A stretch of 23,746 nucleotides of DNA, from contig JBHHXN010000075.1 of the NCBI GenBank assembly GCA_046757025.1, positions 1 through 23,746 of the forward strand, in the 5' to 3' direction. The notes beneath the pieces were generated by a model, which was given only the letters and a program-made list of their open reading frames with translations, did not search any database and was not told the origin of the DNA. This document shows, piece by piece, positions 1 to 9,396 of this stretch; the stretch's first letter is position 1, and each line of letters starts with the position of its first letter. Source of the DNA: a bacterium (GTDB taxonomy: Bacteria > Zhuqueibacterota > Zhuqueibacteria > Oceanimicrobiales > Oceanimicrobiaceae). The translations under genes and the position numbers were made by a program.

Positions 1-16
1 CAAACCAAATCCTCAT
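1..16 (-). CDS. 5' end of a minus-strand gene running off the window (MRIWF...)
   Basis: ATG at 16-14, GGAGG RBS at 27-23 and a sigma70-like promoter upstream; only 5 codons are visible. Confidence 0.6.
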
Positions 17-47
17 TGTTGACCTCCAGACGTTTACCTTTTGGGTA

Positions 48-76
48 AATATACAAAAAAAATAGTTCCATATCAA
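48..76 (-). promoter_or_regulatory. sigma70-type promoter for the truncated minus-strand gene
   Basis: TTGATA (76-71), 17 nt spacer, TATATT (53-48). Confidence 0.6.
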
Positions 77-463
77 GCTATTTCTTTACCTTTTGAGTAA
101 AAGGGTTTTGTGTCAGACTTTTCCAAATAAGTAGTGAATATCTTGTTTTATGAAAAACATGCCAATTTATTTAACGAATTGGTATGTTTCAAATAAGATA
201 TAAATACCATTCCCACCAACAGGGTAATTTGCAAAAAGTAAGATCCAGGATAACATGCCAGGATTCAAATCTTCGTCTCGATATGTGCAATTATTTAATT
301 GCTTAGAGAGTAATTCGTTGCATTTTCTTAGTTCGTTTATTATTATTAAAATGACGATAATTGGAAACGCGACTGTGGACGTTCCATTCCCACAAATTGA
401 ATGAGGGTAGATTCTCGTTTTGCAAAGAACTTAATGAGTATCTCGTAAAGAGTACTCCGGGCT

Positions 464-544
464 GTCGTTGCGAGCACAACGAAACCATCTCCTAACGTGT
501 TTAATATCAGGAGATTGCCTCGTCATTACACTCCTGACAATGAC
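464..544. repeat. degenerate REP-like palindromic element (GTCATTGCGAG...GCAATCT / AGATTGC...CGCAATGAC type)
   Basis: GTCGTTGCGAGCACAACGAAACCATCTCCT ... AGGAGATTGCCTCGTC...CTCCTGACAATGAC; inverted arms ATCTCCT/AGGAGAT and GTCGTTG/CAATGAC. Confidence 0.6.
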
Positions 545-625
545 TGCAAAGGCAATAAAGAATTGTTCTACAAGTTGGACTGTGATTCAGACCTCTGCAA
601 TTAAAAATGAAACAAGGAACCGAAC

Positions 626-1357
626 ATGCTGCGTGAACAACTTTTAAAAAAGGGCCTTCGAAGCGATAAAGATTTTCGCTGGCGCGGGGAAGAGGTTTCG
701 CGGTTGGAGGGTTTGAGCGATGCGGTTTTCGCGTTTGCTGTCACCCTGTTGGTGGTGTCGCTGGAAGTGCCGCGCGCCTTTCCCGATTTGCTTCAAACTA
801 TGAAAGGCTTTGTGGCGTTTGGCATTTGCTTTACCATGTTGATTTTCATCTGGCACAATCATTACATTTTTTTCCGCCGTTACGGACTGCAAAATCTCTA
901 CATCATTACGTTAAATGCGGTTCTGCTTTTCGTGGTCTTATTTTACATCTATCCTTTGAAATTTCTATTTACTTATTTAGCCAACGTTTTGCTGGGCATG
1001 AATCAGGACGCTTCCAACCTCATTCGCATCGAGAGCCAGCAAACCCCAACCTTGATGGTGATTTATTCCATGGGTTTTTTCACCATCTTTTTCGTGTTCT
1101 TTTTGTTTTACCTTTATGCCTACCAAAAGCGCCAGGTGCTGCAATTGAACGTCGTGGAAATAGCGCTCACGCGGTTCAGCATGCAGGCGCAGATCATTTA
1201 CCTTTCCATCGCCCTGCTGTCGATTGTGATCGTTGCCATCGGGGGCGCGAGTTCTTCCGCGTGGGCCGGCCTGATCTACGCTCTCATCGGTCCCGCACGC
1301 ACTGTGCACGGAATTGTTTTTGGCCGGCAGCTAAAAAAAATGCAGGCGGTGTCCTGA
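626..1357 (+). CDS. TMEM175 family (DUF1211) potassium channel
   Basis: RLEGLSDAVFAFAVTLLV matches the RxxxFSD...T helix-1 motif; WHNH in helix 2; about 6 hydrophobic segments; AAGGA RBS. Confidence 0.85.
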   Translation: MLREQLLKKGLRSDKDFRWRGEEVSRLEGLSDAVFAFAVTLLVVSLEVPRAFPDLLQTMKGFVAFGICFTMLIFIWHNHYIFFRRYGLQNLYIITLNAVLLFVVLFYIYPLKFLFTYLANVLLGMNQDASNLIRIESQQTPTLMVIYSMGFFTIFFVFFLFYLYAYQKRQVLQLNVVEIALTRFSMQAQIIYLSIALLSIVIVAIGGASSSAWAGLIYALIGPARTVHGIVFGRQLKKMQAVS

Positions 1358-1411
1358 ATGAAAAATTGCAACCGTTTTCCTCGCCACTCATTGAAAAAAC
1401 TTTGTTAGACG

Positions 1412-2176
1412 ATGCTGATTTCACTGGTACATACGGTTTCACCGAACATCAATCGCTGTGAATTAACCTTTCTCGAAAGGCAAGTCATAGACTACGAGCT
1501 GGCGGTGCAGCAGCACGCCGATTACTGCCGGTTGCTGCAGAATTGCGGCGCGCAGGTGGTCACGTTGTCCGCCAACCGCGCGCATCCGGATGCCTGCTTT
1601 ATCGAAGATACGGCCGTGGTTTTGGATGAGATCGCGGTCATCGCCAGCCCCGGAGCCGTTTCGAGGCGTGGGGAAGTAACCGCGGTGGAAGGGGAGCTCA
1701 AAAAATATCGCGAAACCGTTCGCATCGATTGGCCTGCAACGTTGGAAGGGGGCGATGTGTTGCAAGTCGGACGTACCGTTTTTGTGGGTCGTTCAAATCG
1801 CACAAATTCGGCAGGCATCGAGGCGCTTGAGAAAATTTTGCGCCGCTTTGACTATCAGGTCATTCCGGTGGAATTGCGCCAGTGCCTGCACCTCAAGTCG
1901 GCGTGCACGGCCCTGGAGGAGCGCTGTTTGCTGGTGAATCCGGCCTGGATCGAGATGCAGCCTTTCGCGGATTTCCAGAAAGTCACCGTTCCCGATACCG
2001 AAATTTGGTCGGCAAACACGATTCGAGTTCGTGACACGGTGGTTTTGCACGAAGGCTTTCCGGACACCATCAAACTCTTGAGAGAGCTGGATTTCAAGGT
2101 GGCCAGTGTGAACATCTCTGAATTTCTCAAAGCCGAAGCCGGTCTGTCCTGTTTGAGCCTGCGATTTGAATCTTAA
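1412..2176 (+). CDS. dimethylarginine dimethylaminohydrolase (amidinotransferase superfamily)
   Basis: PDACFIEDTAV, LEGGDVL, LHLKS (catalytic His) and GLSCLS (catalytic Cys); 254 aa. Confidence 0.88.
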   Translation: MLISLVHTVSPNINRCELTFLERQVIDYELAVQQHADYCRLLQNCGAQVVTLSANRAHPDACFIEDTAVVLDEIAVIASPGAVSRRGEVTAVEGELKKYRETVRIDWPATLEGGDVLQVGRTVFVGRSNRTNSAGIEALEKILRRFDYQVIPVELRQCLHLKSACTALEERCLLVNPAWIEMQPFADFQKVTVPDTEIWSANTIRVRDTVVLHEGFPDTIKLLRELDFKVASVNISEFLKAEAGLSCLSLRFES

Positions 2177-2267
2177 TTTTTTTTAAAAAATATTGAATTT
2201 TAACCGTCAGTTTAATAAATTAGGCTGATTAAGATGAAATAAATTAACAGGTAAGGAAGGAAAATAA

Positions 2268-4130
2268 ATGGCAAAAAAAACCTCACAGAAAGCGGAAGAA
2301 TTTGAATATCGAGCCGAGATGAAGCAGCTACTGCATCTCATCGTGCATTCGCTGTACACACACCCGGAAATCTTTTTGCGCGAGCTTATTTCCAACGCTT
2401 CCGATGCACTCAATAAGATTCGGTTTCGAATGCTAACCGATTCCGAAGTGCTGGATGCGGATGCCGAGCTGAAAATAAACATCGATCTGGATTCAGAGAA
2501 GGGTGCCCTTTCCATTTCTGATACCGGCATCGGCATGACCAAAGAAGAGCTGATCAGTGAGATCGGCACCGTGGCCAGCTCCGGCACGCTGGAGCTTTTG
2601 AAGCAAATGCAGGAGCAGGATAAGCCGGTGGATGTCAATTTGGTCGGTCAGTTCGGAGTGGGCTTTTATTCGGTGTTTATGGTGACCGACGAAGTGACCG
2701 TGGAGACCCGCCACGCTGATTTGAATTCGAAAGGGTATCGCTGGAAATCGGACGGTCAGGGCAAATTCACCATTCAGGAAATCAAAAAACCGCATCGTGG
2801 AACGAAGATCTCATTTAAACTCAAAAAGGAGCACAAGGATTTCAGTGAAGAATACCGCGTCAAAAACGTCATTCAAAAATATTCGAATTTTGTCGATTTC
2901 CCGATTTTTGTTGGCAAAGAAGAAGTCAATCGAGTCAGCGCGTTGTGGCACAAACCCAAAGACAAGATAAAAGAAGAGGAGCTCGCGGAGTTTTACAAAT
3001 TTATTTCTAACGATTTCAATCCACCGCTGGGGCATTTGCATCTGTCCATCGAAGGCGCGGTCAATTTCAAGGCGCTGATTTTTGTGCCGGAAACCGCTCC
3101 GCCGATCTTTTACAAAGAGCACCTTGAAAAATCGCTGCAGCTTTACTCCAGGAAAATCTTTATCCAGGATGATTGCAAAGAGCTGCTGCCGGAATATCTG
3201 CGTTTTTTAAAGGGGGTGGTGGATACCGAAGACCTGCCGCTGAACGTTTCTCGCGAAGTCACACAATCTAGCCCGGCCATGGCAAAAATCAGAAATGTGA
3301 TCACGGGCAAAATTCTGAGTTTTTTTGAGGATTGGGCAAAAAACGATCGCAACAAATATGAAAAGTTCTATAAGAATTATGGAACGCTTTTTAAAACCGG
3401 CGTCAACACCGATTTCGGCAATAAAGATAAAATCGTCGAGCTCCTGAGATTTGAGTCCACAAAAATTGCAAAAGGCGAGCTGACTTCGTTAAAAGAATAC
3501 GTCTCCCGCATGCAGAAAGACCAGAAGGAAATTTACTACCTCTCTGGCGAGCACCGGGATGTGATCGAACGCAATCCCAATTTAGAGTACTTCAAAAAGA
3601 ACGACTTGGAAGTGCTGCTGCTAACCGACCCTTTCGATGTGTTCATCATTCCTTCTCTGAATGAGTATGACAAAAAGCCGCTGAAATCCATCGACAAAGC
3701 CGACCTGGATTTGAAGAAAGATGAAAAGGAAGACAAAGAAGCCCTTAGCGAAAATTTATCGAAATCTCTGATCGAAATTTTTAAGAAAACCCTGGGCGAT
3801 AAAGTGGAGGACGTCATCGAATCCAAACGGTTGGTGGATTCCGCAGCCACTTTGGTGGTGGGCAAAGAGGGCATGGACATGCAAATGGAAAAGATGATGA
3901 GGGCGATGAACAAAGAATACAGCGGGTCGAAAAAAATCCTGGAGATCAATTTTTCTCATCCGCTGATAAAAAACCTCGGTAAGCGCATCATCGCCGATGA
4001 GAACGATCCGGTGCTGCGGAACAGTATCTTACAAATTTATGAAGGCGCGCTGCTGGTGGAAGGCAACCTTACTTCGCCAAACGAGTTTGTGAGCCGTATG
4101 ACCGAGCTGATGGTGGAAGCGACGAAGTAG
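2268..4130 (+). CDS. htpG: molecular chaperone HtpG (Hsp90)
   Basis: HSLY..EIFLRELISNASDA, DTGIGMT, GQFGVGFYS, DLPLNVSRE; 620 aa; AAGGAAGG RBS. Confidence 0.97.
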   Translation: MAKKTSQKAEEFEYRAEMKQLLHLIVHSLYTHPEIFLRELISNASDALNKIRFRMLTDSEVLDADAELKINIDLDSEKGALSISDTGIGMTKEELISEIGTVASSGTLELLKQMQEQDKPVDVNLVGQFGVGFYSVFMVTDEVTVETRHADLNSKGYRWKSDGQGKFTIQEIKKPHRGTKISFKLKKEHKDFSEEYRVKNVIQKYSNFVDFPIFVGKEEVNRVSALWHKPKDKIKEEELAEFYKFISNDFNPPLGHLHLSIEGAVNFKALIFVPETAPPIFYKEHLEKSLQLYSRKIFIQDDCKELLPEYLRFLKGVVDTEDLPLNVSREVTQSSPAMAKIRNVITGKILSFFEDWAKNDRNKYEKFYKNYGTLFKTGVNTDFGNKDKIVELLRFESTKIAKGELTSLKEYVSRMQKDQKEIYYLSGEHRDVIERNPNLEYFKKNDLEVLLLTDPFDVFIIPSLNEYDKKPLKSIDKADLDLKKDEKEDKEALSENLSKSLIEIFKKTLGDKVEDVIESKRLVDSAATLVVGKEGMDMQMEKMMRAMNKEYSGSKKILEINFSHPLIKNLGKRIIADENDPVLRNSILQIYEGALLVEGNLTSPNEFVSRMTELMVEATK

Positions 4131-4312
4131 GTGGGTCCTGGCCGGTGAGAGAGTTTTCTACTGGCTTCGTGGTTTGTTTGAGCGGGATTTTGTCAATGGA
4201 GTTTCCAGTAGTAGTTTGGTCGTGAGTAGGCGTTCTGAGCAAGATTTTGTCTCAAAATCGCTTCTCCTATGTTGGAAGCAGTCCTGCAGCAGAATCCCTG
4301 AAATAAAAATCC

Positions 4313-4341
4313 TTGACTATCGTTCCCGATTACAGTATCTT
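4313..4341 (+). promoter_or_regulatory. sigma70-type promoter for the zinc-ribbon/cold-shock gene pair
   Basis: TTGACT (4313-4318), 17 nt spacer, TATCTT (4336-4341). Confidence 0.6.
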
Positions 4342-4405
4342 TTAACACAATCTGAAACATCAGAATGGTAAAATGTGGCTGTTTATTTTAATTAAGGAGA
4401 AGAGC

Positions 4406-4582
4406 ATGCCGGACAAAACCTTGACCTGTGAGGATTGTGGCAATCAATTTACTTTTTCAGAGGATGAACAACAGTTCTACAACCAGCGAGGGTTTCAGGA
4501 GCCCAAGCGCTGCAAGAGTTGCCGCGATAAACGCAAAAGAGAGCGTGGCGGCGGTCGCGGTGGTCGTGGGTTCAATCGATAA
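4406..4582 (+). CDS. small zinc-ribbon protein (zf-trcl-like, CxxC-x27-CxxC) with RGG tail, 58 aa
   Basis: MPDKTLTCEDCGNQFTFSEDEQQFYNQRGFQEPKRCKSCR...RGGGRGGRG; AAGGAG RBS places the start at ATG 4406 rather than 4373. Confidence 0.85.
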   Translation: MPDKTLTCEDCGNQFTFSEDEQQFYNQRGFQEPKRCKSCRDKRKRERGGGRGGRGFNR

Positions 4583-4628
4583 TTTTTGCTTCTCAAATCA
4601 ATTTCAATTACATAAGGAGAATATCACC

Positions 4629-4832
4629 ATGCCCGAAGGAACGGTAAAGTGGTTTAATCCACATAAGGGCTTTGGATTTATCACTTCCACAGACGGAACC
4701 GAAATTTTTGTTCATAAAAGCGATGTGGATTATATCGGCTACCGAGACCATCTGCAGGAGGGGATGAAAGTCAGCTTTGAAGTTCAGGATTCACCCAAAG
4801 GCAAAAAAGCCATTAAAGTACATACAGAGTAG
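4629..4832 (+). CDS. cold-shock domain protein (CspA family), 67 aa
   Basis: GTVKWFN, RNP1 KGFGFI, RNP2-like IFVHKS; TAAGGAG RBS before ATG 4629. Confidence 0.93.
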   Translation: MPEGTVKWFNPHKGFGFITSTDGTEIFVHKSDVDYIGYRDHLQEGMKVSFEVQDSPKGKKAIKVHTE

Positions 4833-5123
4833 GATTTTGTCAGGTCAGAGCGGTTAATTTTTTCCTCAATTTTAAACGCATGCCAACAGAAACATGCAAT
4901 AGATAATAATCATTTTCAATCAAGGATGTTGAAGCCATTGCTTTTTTTGATCGCCTGTTTCTGAACTCAACAGATCCCCGACAAAATTGAGTTATCACTT
5001 GTTGGTAAAAGGATTCCAGGCTTTTGCCAGTTAGTGTGAAGATCGATTTTCAGGTACCATTTTCATTTTGACGGAAATCTGAGACATTATTAGGCTTCTG
5101 CAAAAAAGGGCGTTCAACCTTTA

Positions 5124-5256
5124 GAAGCTGTGTGAAAACATGGTAAAACAAGCCTATGGCTTGTTAAAACAGGTCGATAAATTAAGCTATGTTCTTGTTT
5201 TCTTTGTAATCCATTCGCGCAAACAAGATGCTTGCGTTACATTTTCACACAGGCTC
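5124..5256. mobile_element. MITE-like element with 15-bp terminal inverted repeats and TTTA target-site duplication
   Basis: left GAAGCTGTGTGAAAA (5124-5138), right TTTTCACACAGGCTC (5242-5256), 13/15 match; TTTA at 5120-5123 and 5257-5260. Confidence 0.7.
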
Positions 5257-5260
5257 TTTA

Positions 5261-5413
5261 GAGACCGTGTGAAAAATCAAACACCGAGTTTTTTGTCATT
5301 GTGTAAGACTCTTTTTAACACACAACACTTTACGTTCTACAAAAAAGATCCCTACAGCCTGTCCCGCAAGTCGGGGATAAGAGACAGGTGTTTGTGCGTT
5401 TACACTCAGGCCC
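5261..5413. mobile_element. second, more degenerate MITE-like element abutting the first
   Basis: left GAGACCGTGTGAAAA; right end reverse-complements to GGGCCTGAGTGTAAA (10/15); no matching TSD on the right. Confidence 0.4.
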
Positions 5414-5482
5414 TGAAGTCTGAACATCCCGCTGTCATTTTATTTCACATATTTCTAACACCTAGTATAAAAGGAGGGGAAA

Positions 5483-6046
5483 ATGGTTTCAATTCTATCA
5501 TTATGGCTGCCGATTCTGCTTTCTGCCGTTATCGTGTTTGCAGTCAGCTCTATCATTCACATGTTGCTCGCCTATCATCGCCCCGATTTTGGCAAATTAC
5601 CTGCCGAAGACGACGTCATGGACGCGCTGCGAAAATTCGACATTCCACCCGGTGACTACGTGATGCCCTGTGCCGGCAGCCCCAAAGTGATGTATAGCCC
5701 GGAATTTATCGAGAAAACCACCAAAGGTCCGGTAGCATTTCTCACAGTGATTCCAAGCGGTCCGCCGTCCATGGGCGGTAGTCTGGTGCAGTGGTTTGCC
5801 TATTCTATTGTAGTTAGCCTTTTTGCGGCCTATTTAACTGCGCGGGCTGTGGGGCCAACCGAGGATTATTTAACCGTGTTTCGCTTCGCCGGTACCACGG
5901 CTTTCGCGGGCTACAGTCTGGCGCTTTTGCAGAATTCCATCTGGTACAAACGAAACTGGCGCGCTACCCTCAAGTCGGTGTTTGACGGTTTGATTTATGC
6001 TTTGTTCACCGCCGGCACTTTTGGCTGGTTGTGGCCTGCAGCATGA
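5483..6046 (+). CDS. hypothetical membrane protein (about 4 TM), 187 aa
   Basis: AGGAGG RBS; N-terminal hydrophobic helix, soluble loop, three C-terminal hydrophobic helices. Confidence 0.8.
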   Translation: MVSILSLWLPILLSAVIVFAVSSIIHMLLAYHRPDFGKLPAEDDVMDALRKFDIPPGDYVMPCAGSPKVMYSPEFIEKTTKGPVAFLTVIPSGPPSMGGSLVQWFAYSIVVSLFAAYLTARAVGPTEDYLTVFRFAGTTAFAGYSLALLQNSIWYKRNWRATLKSVFDGLIYALFTAGTFGWLWPAA

Positions 6047-6120
6047 GGCAATTCCAGCCATGATTTAGAACAGGATGCGGGAACGGCGCCAGAGAAACAG
6101 AAAGGGAAGTAGGCCGCCTT

Positions 6121-7203
6121 TTAGGAAAGTAAACTCAGAATTTCTTGAGCAGCACAATCGGCCCCGCCAGCCGCGATTTTTTTCCAGTTTTGTGGACGAT
6201 TGAATAGCGCCCTTAACGACGCAACCCAGTTGCCGGCGTAAAAGTCTGCGCGCGGTAGAAACTCGGCCACGGCGTATTCGGTTAGTCCCTGCACGAGAAC
6301 TTTGTACTCCACAAAGTCGCTGCGGGAAGTGTAGAGCAGCGGGGTTTGGTTGGCGATGATTTCGGAAACCACTCCATAGCCTGGTTTTGAAATCACCGCG
6401 TCGCAAGCCTGAACCAGCTCGGGAAATCGCATGAAATCCGGAGGGAGATTGAGACAGTTTTCGGGCGATTTTTTTAGACCCAGGGTGATGAATTTAAATT
6501 CGCGTTCAGCGGCCAGCTTGTTGAAATCAACCTGCTGTATATCTGCAGCTCGCAAGGCAACCAGAATTAATTTGCTTTTACAGTGCGGATCCATGTTCAG
6601 GCGCCGCCAAACTTCTTCTCTGGATTTGGTGGCTTTCCGGGCAATAAGCGGAATGTCTTTTATTTGCGGGAAGATGGTAAGATCTCCATAAAACGGCAGC
6701 CGCAGCAAAAGCCGCGCTTTTTGGTACGAGGATTTAATTTGTGCGATCAGTGCGGCAAATTCGGGTATCTCCTGCACGTAGTCCTGGTAAATCCAATCCC
6801 AGGTAAAATTGGTCAGTGCGATGCCGGGAACTTGCACGGCTTCCGCGATATCGAACGCCAGCGAGGGGATATCTGCCACAATCAGTTTGGTTTGAACGCG
6901 TTTCGCCAATTCGGCCTCCTGTTTCACAAGCTGCTCTTTGCGCGCATACAGTCCTGCCACCTGGCGAAAAGATTCCATTTTATTGATTTCAAAGCTGGTG
7001 TTTTGCACCGCCCCGATATCCAGTTTGACCGGATAGAGCTGGTAATTCGTACGCAAATTCAATTTAAAAATCCACTCGGGTGCATCGGTACGGATGTGAA
7101 AAAATAGCTCGGAATTTTTCGCTAACAGGGCATGGATAAGCTCGATGGAACGGGTGGCATGACCATAACCGTGTCCGCTGATGTAGTAAAGGATATTGTG
7201 CAT
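6121..7203 (-). CDS. GT-B fold glycosyltransferase-like protein resembling the N-terminal domain of plant L-arabinokinase
   Basis: YYISGHGYGHATR N-terminal motif, NFTWDWIY, DAVISKPGYG; 360 aa; no kinase domain. Confidence 0.7.
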   Translation of the reverse strand: MHNILYYISGHGYGHATRSIELIHALLAKNSELFFHIRTDAPEWIFKLNLRTNYQLYPVKLDIGAVQNTSFEINKMESFRQVAGLYARKEQLVKQEAELAKRVQTKLIVADIPSLAFDIAEAVQVPGIALTNFTWDWIYQDYVQEIPEFAALIAQIKSSYQKARLLLRLPFYGDLTIFPQIKDIPLIARKATKSREEVWRRLNMDPHCKSKLILVALRAADIQQVDFNKLAAEREFKFITLGLKKSPENCLNLPPDFMRFPELVQACDAVISKPGYGVVSEIIANQTPLLYTSRSDFVEYKVLVQGLTEYAVAEFLPRADFYAGNWVASLRALFNRPQNWKKIAAGGADCAAQEILSLLS

Positions 7204-7261
7204 TCGCAGTTTGCTTTTGTTAGATTTCTAGTTGGCGCTGAAAATGATTGGCGCTGAAATT

Positions 7262-7690
7262 TCAGGGGTCATTTTGTGTTTTCTGCAGCACCAGGTAGGT
7301 CCCTAAACCCACGGCGATGGTTTGAGCCTTTTCGCCTGTGACCGTGAGCCGGCACACAATGAGCGATTTGCCCGATTTGATCACCTCTCCTCTGGCGGTG
7401 AGCAATTCCAAGTTGGCGGGCGCGATCAAATTAATTTTAAACTCTACGGTAGTGGGTTCTCCGTCCGGGGTGATGGATGCAGCAGCAAAATAGCCGGCGG
7501 TATCCGCCATCATGCCTAAAATGCCGCCGTGTACCACTCCTGTGCTCTGCTCAAATTCCGGCCGGACAGGTAATTGCACTACCGCTTCTCCCTCCTGGCA
7601 ACGAATCAACAGCCATTCCATAAATTTTGAAATGGCCGCGTTTTTAAATCGTTCAAACAAGTTTTGTTGATGCGCTGGATTTTTGGGCAT
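7262..7690 (-). CDS. PaaI family (hotdog fold) thioesterase
   Basis: GVVHGGILGMMADTAG, TVEFKINLIAP; start moved to ATG 7690 because a promoter overlaps the longer ORF start. Confidence 0.88.
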   Translation of the reverse strand: MPKNPAHQQNLFERFKNAAISKFMEWLLIRCQEGEAVVQLPVRPEFEQSTGVVHGGILGMMADTAGYFAAASITPDGEPTTVEFKINLIAPANLELLTARGEVIKSGKSLIVCRLTVTGEKAQTIAVGLGTYLVLQKTQNDP

Positions 7691-7725
7691 GTTTAGTCGA
7701 GAGTTTTCTGAACAATTAAACGCCA

Positions 7726-7754
7726 AATATATCCAATTCAATATGAAAAGTCAA
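7726..7754 (-). promoter_or_regulatory. sigma70-type promoter for the paaI-like/GT-like pair
   Basis: TTGACT (7754-7749), 17 nt spacer, TATATT (7731-7726). Confidence 0.65.
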
Positions 7755-7917
7755 GCAACGTTACTGAAGTAAAACAAATCTTTTCTTTTGGAAATAATAA
7801 GTCTAAAAAATACCTTTTAGTAGTAAGGTTTGCTTTCAAATAAATGACCCGAAACCCTAAAATCACATATCTAATTAAGAAAAGACGTCAAGGCTGAATA
7901 AAATAGGAGAAATCAGC

Positions 7918-9102
7918 ATGGATATTTACGATGAATCCACCGCGTTGCACCAACGATTAGGCGGAAAATTGGAAATTCATTCCAAGTTCAGAATCAAGAA
8001 TCAACACGACCTCTCGCTTGTTTACACTCCGGGTGTGGCGAAGGCCTGCCAGGAGATCGCCCGGGATGAATCCCGTGCGTATGATTTAACCATCAAGCGC
8101 AACACGGTGGCCATCGTTTCGGACGGATCCGCCGTATTGGGCATGGGCAACATCGGACCGAAAGCAGCTATCCCGGTGATGGAAGGCAAAGCCATGCTTT
8201 TCAAAGAATACGCCAACATCGATGCGTTTCCAGTCTGTGTCAATACTCAAAATTCTTTTGAAATCATCAGTCTGGTCAAGAATATTGCGCCGGTTTTTTC
8301 CGGAATCAATTTAGAAGATATTTCTGCCCCGCGCTGTTTTGAAATAGAGCAGTCGTTGCAGAATATCGGCATCCCGGTTTTTCATGACGATCAACATGGC
8401 ACGGCCATCGTGTTGTTAGCGTCTTTGCTCAATTCGGCGAAAGTAACCAAGCGGGCACTCAGTGAAATGGACGTGGTGATCAACGGAGCGGGCGCCGCCG
8501 GCACCGCCATTGCGGAAATGCTGCTCTGTATCGGGTTTGATTCCCTTGTATGTGAGTCGGTTAAAGAGATTCTGGTATGTGATTCGAAAGGCATAATTTC
8601 TGAGAATAGAATGGATATCGTAAATAATCAGACCAAACTGAAACTGGCGAAAATCACCAACAAAGAAAACCGCAGTGGCGACTTGAATGACGCCATCCAG
8701 CACGCGCACGTCTTCATCGGTGTGAGTAAAGGGAATGTCCTGACTGAGGAAATGGTAAAAAAAATGCACCGCGGTCCGATTATTTTTGCCATGGCGAATC
8801 CCATACCGGAAATCATGCCGGAAGCAGCGAAAAAGGCGGGTGCGGTTGTGGTAGGCACGGGTAGAAGCGATTTTCCTAATCAGGTCAACAACGTCCTGGC
8901 TTTTCCGGGCATCTTTCGCGGGGCAATCGATGTCAAAGCCAAAATGATCACCAATAAGATGAAAATTGCCGCCGCCCGGGCGTTGGCGGATTGTGTGGCC
9001 TTGCCTACTGCGGATGAAATCCTGCCTTCTCCATTGGACAGGTCCGTTGCGCCGGCCATAGCCCTAAGTGTGCAAAAAGCTTACGAGCAGTTCAGCGAGT
9101 AG
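7918..9102 (+). CDS. NAD(P)-dependent malic enzyme (short form, no phosphotransacetylase domain)
   Basis: YTPGVA, VMEGKA, INLEDI, FHDDQHGTA, GAGAAG, GRSDFPNQVNNVLAFPGIFRGA. Confidence 0.95.
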   Translation: MDIYDESTALHQRLGGKLEIHSKFRIKNQHDLSLVYTPGVAKACQEIARDESRAYDLTIKRNTVAIVSDGSAVLGMGNIGPKAAIPVMEGKAMLFKEYANIDAFPVCVNTQNSFEIISLVKNIAPVFSGINLEDISAPRCFEIEQSLQNIGIPVFHDDQHGTAIVLLASLLNSAKVTKRALSEMDVVINGAGAAGTAIAEMLLCIGFDSLVCESVKEILVCDSKGIISENRMDIVNNQTKLKLAKITNKENRSGDLNDAIQHAHVFIGVSKGNVLTEEMVKKMHRGPIIFAMANPIPEIMPEAAKKAGAVVVGTGRSDFPNQVNNVLAFPGIFRGAIDVKAKMITNKMKIAAARALADCVALPTADEILPSPLDRSVAPAIALSVQKAYEQFSE

Positions 9103-9136
9103 TACTGCTAAAAATCAAGGCGGATCGCTAAAACCC

Positions 9137-9289
9137 TGTTTGGCCAAAAACTCGAAAATACGCAATAAAAAATCGCTTATGCGAAGGCGTACCTTCGACA
9201 AAGATCAGGACAGGCCCCGCCGGGCTTAGCAGGGATTCGCCCTCGGCAAGGGGGCTTTCGGAATAGGGGGAATCGTTTTCGGCCAGACA
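9137..9289. mobile_element. MITE-like inverted-repeat-bounded element
   Basis: TGTTTGGCCAAAAAC (9137-9151) versus GTTTTCGGCCAGACA (9275-9289), 13/15 inverted match; GC-rich interior. Confidence 0.5.
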
Positions 9290-9396
9290 CTCACCAAATT
9301 TATCTGTACCCACATCATTTTTAATTGAAAATCAAAGATGAAATGCTTAATTTTCGGTAAACAAAAAATGACCAATTACAATAACTTATCTTGCTT

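Noticed and set aside
303..488. 61-aa minus-strand ORF
   Set aside because: Starts inside the REP-like element and has no motif
826..1461. 211-aa alternative-frame ORF, and the many other antisense or shadow ORFs over real genes (e.g. 15224-15910, 16068-16640)
   Set aside because: They overlap well-supported genes and show no recognisable motifs
4428..4628. N-terminal extension of the cold-shock ORF suggesting a zinc-ribbon/CSP fusion
   Set aside because: Different frame from the zinc-ribbon gene; each gene has its own RBS and no slippery site is evident
5140..5655. 171-aa ORF
   Set aside because: Runs through the MITEs and overlaps the RBS-supported 5483 gene out of frame
7232..7259. TTGGCGCTGAAA direct repeat, two copies 16 nt apart
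   Set aside because: Only two copies; most simply a local duplication, not CRISPR and not a recognisable operator
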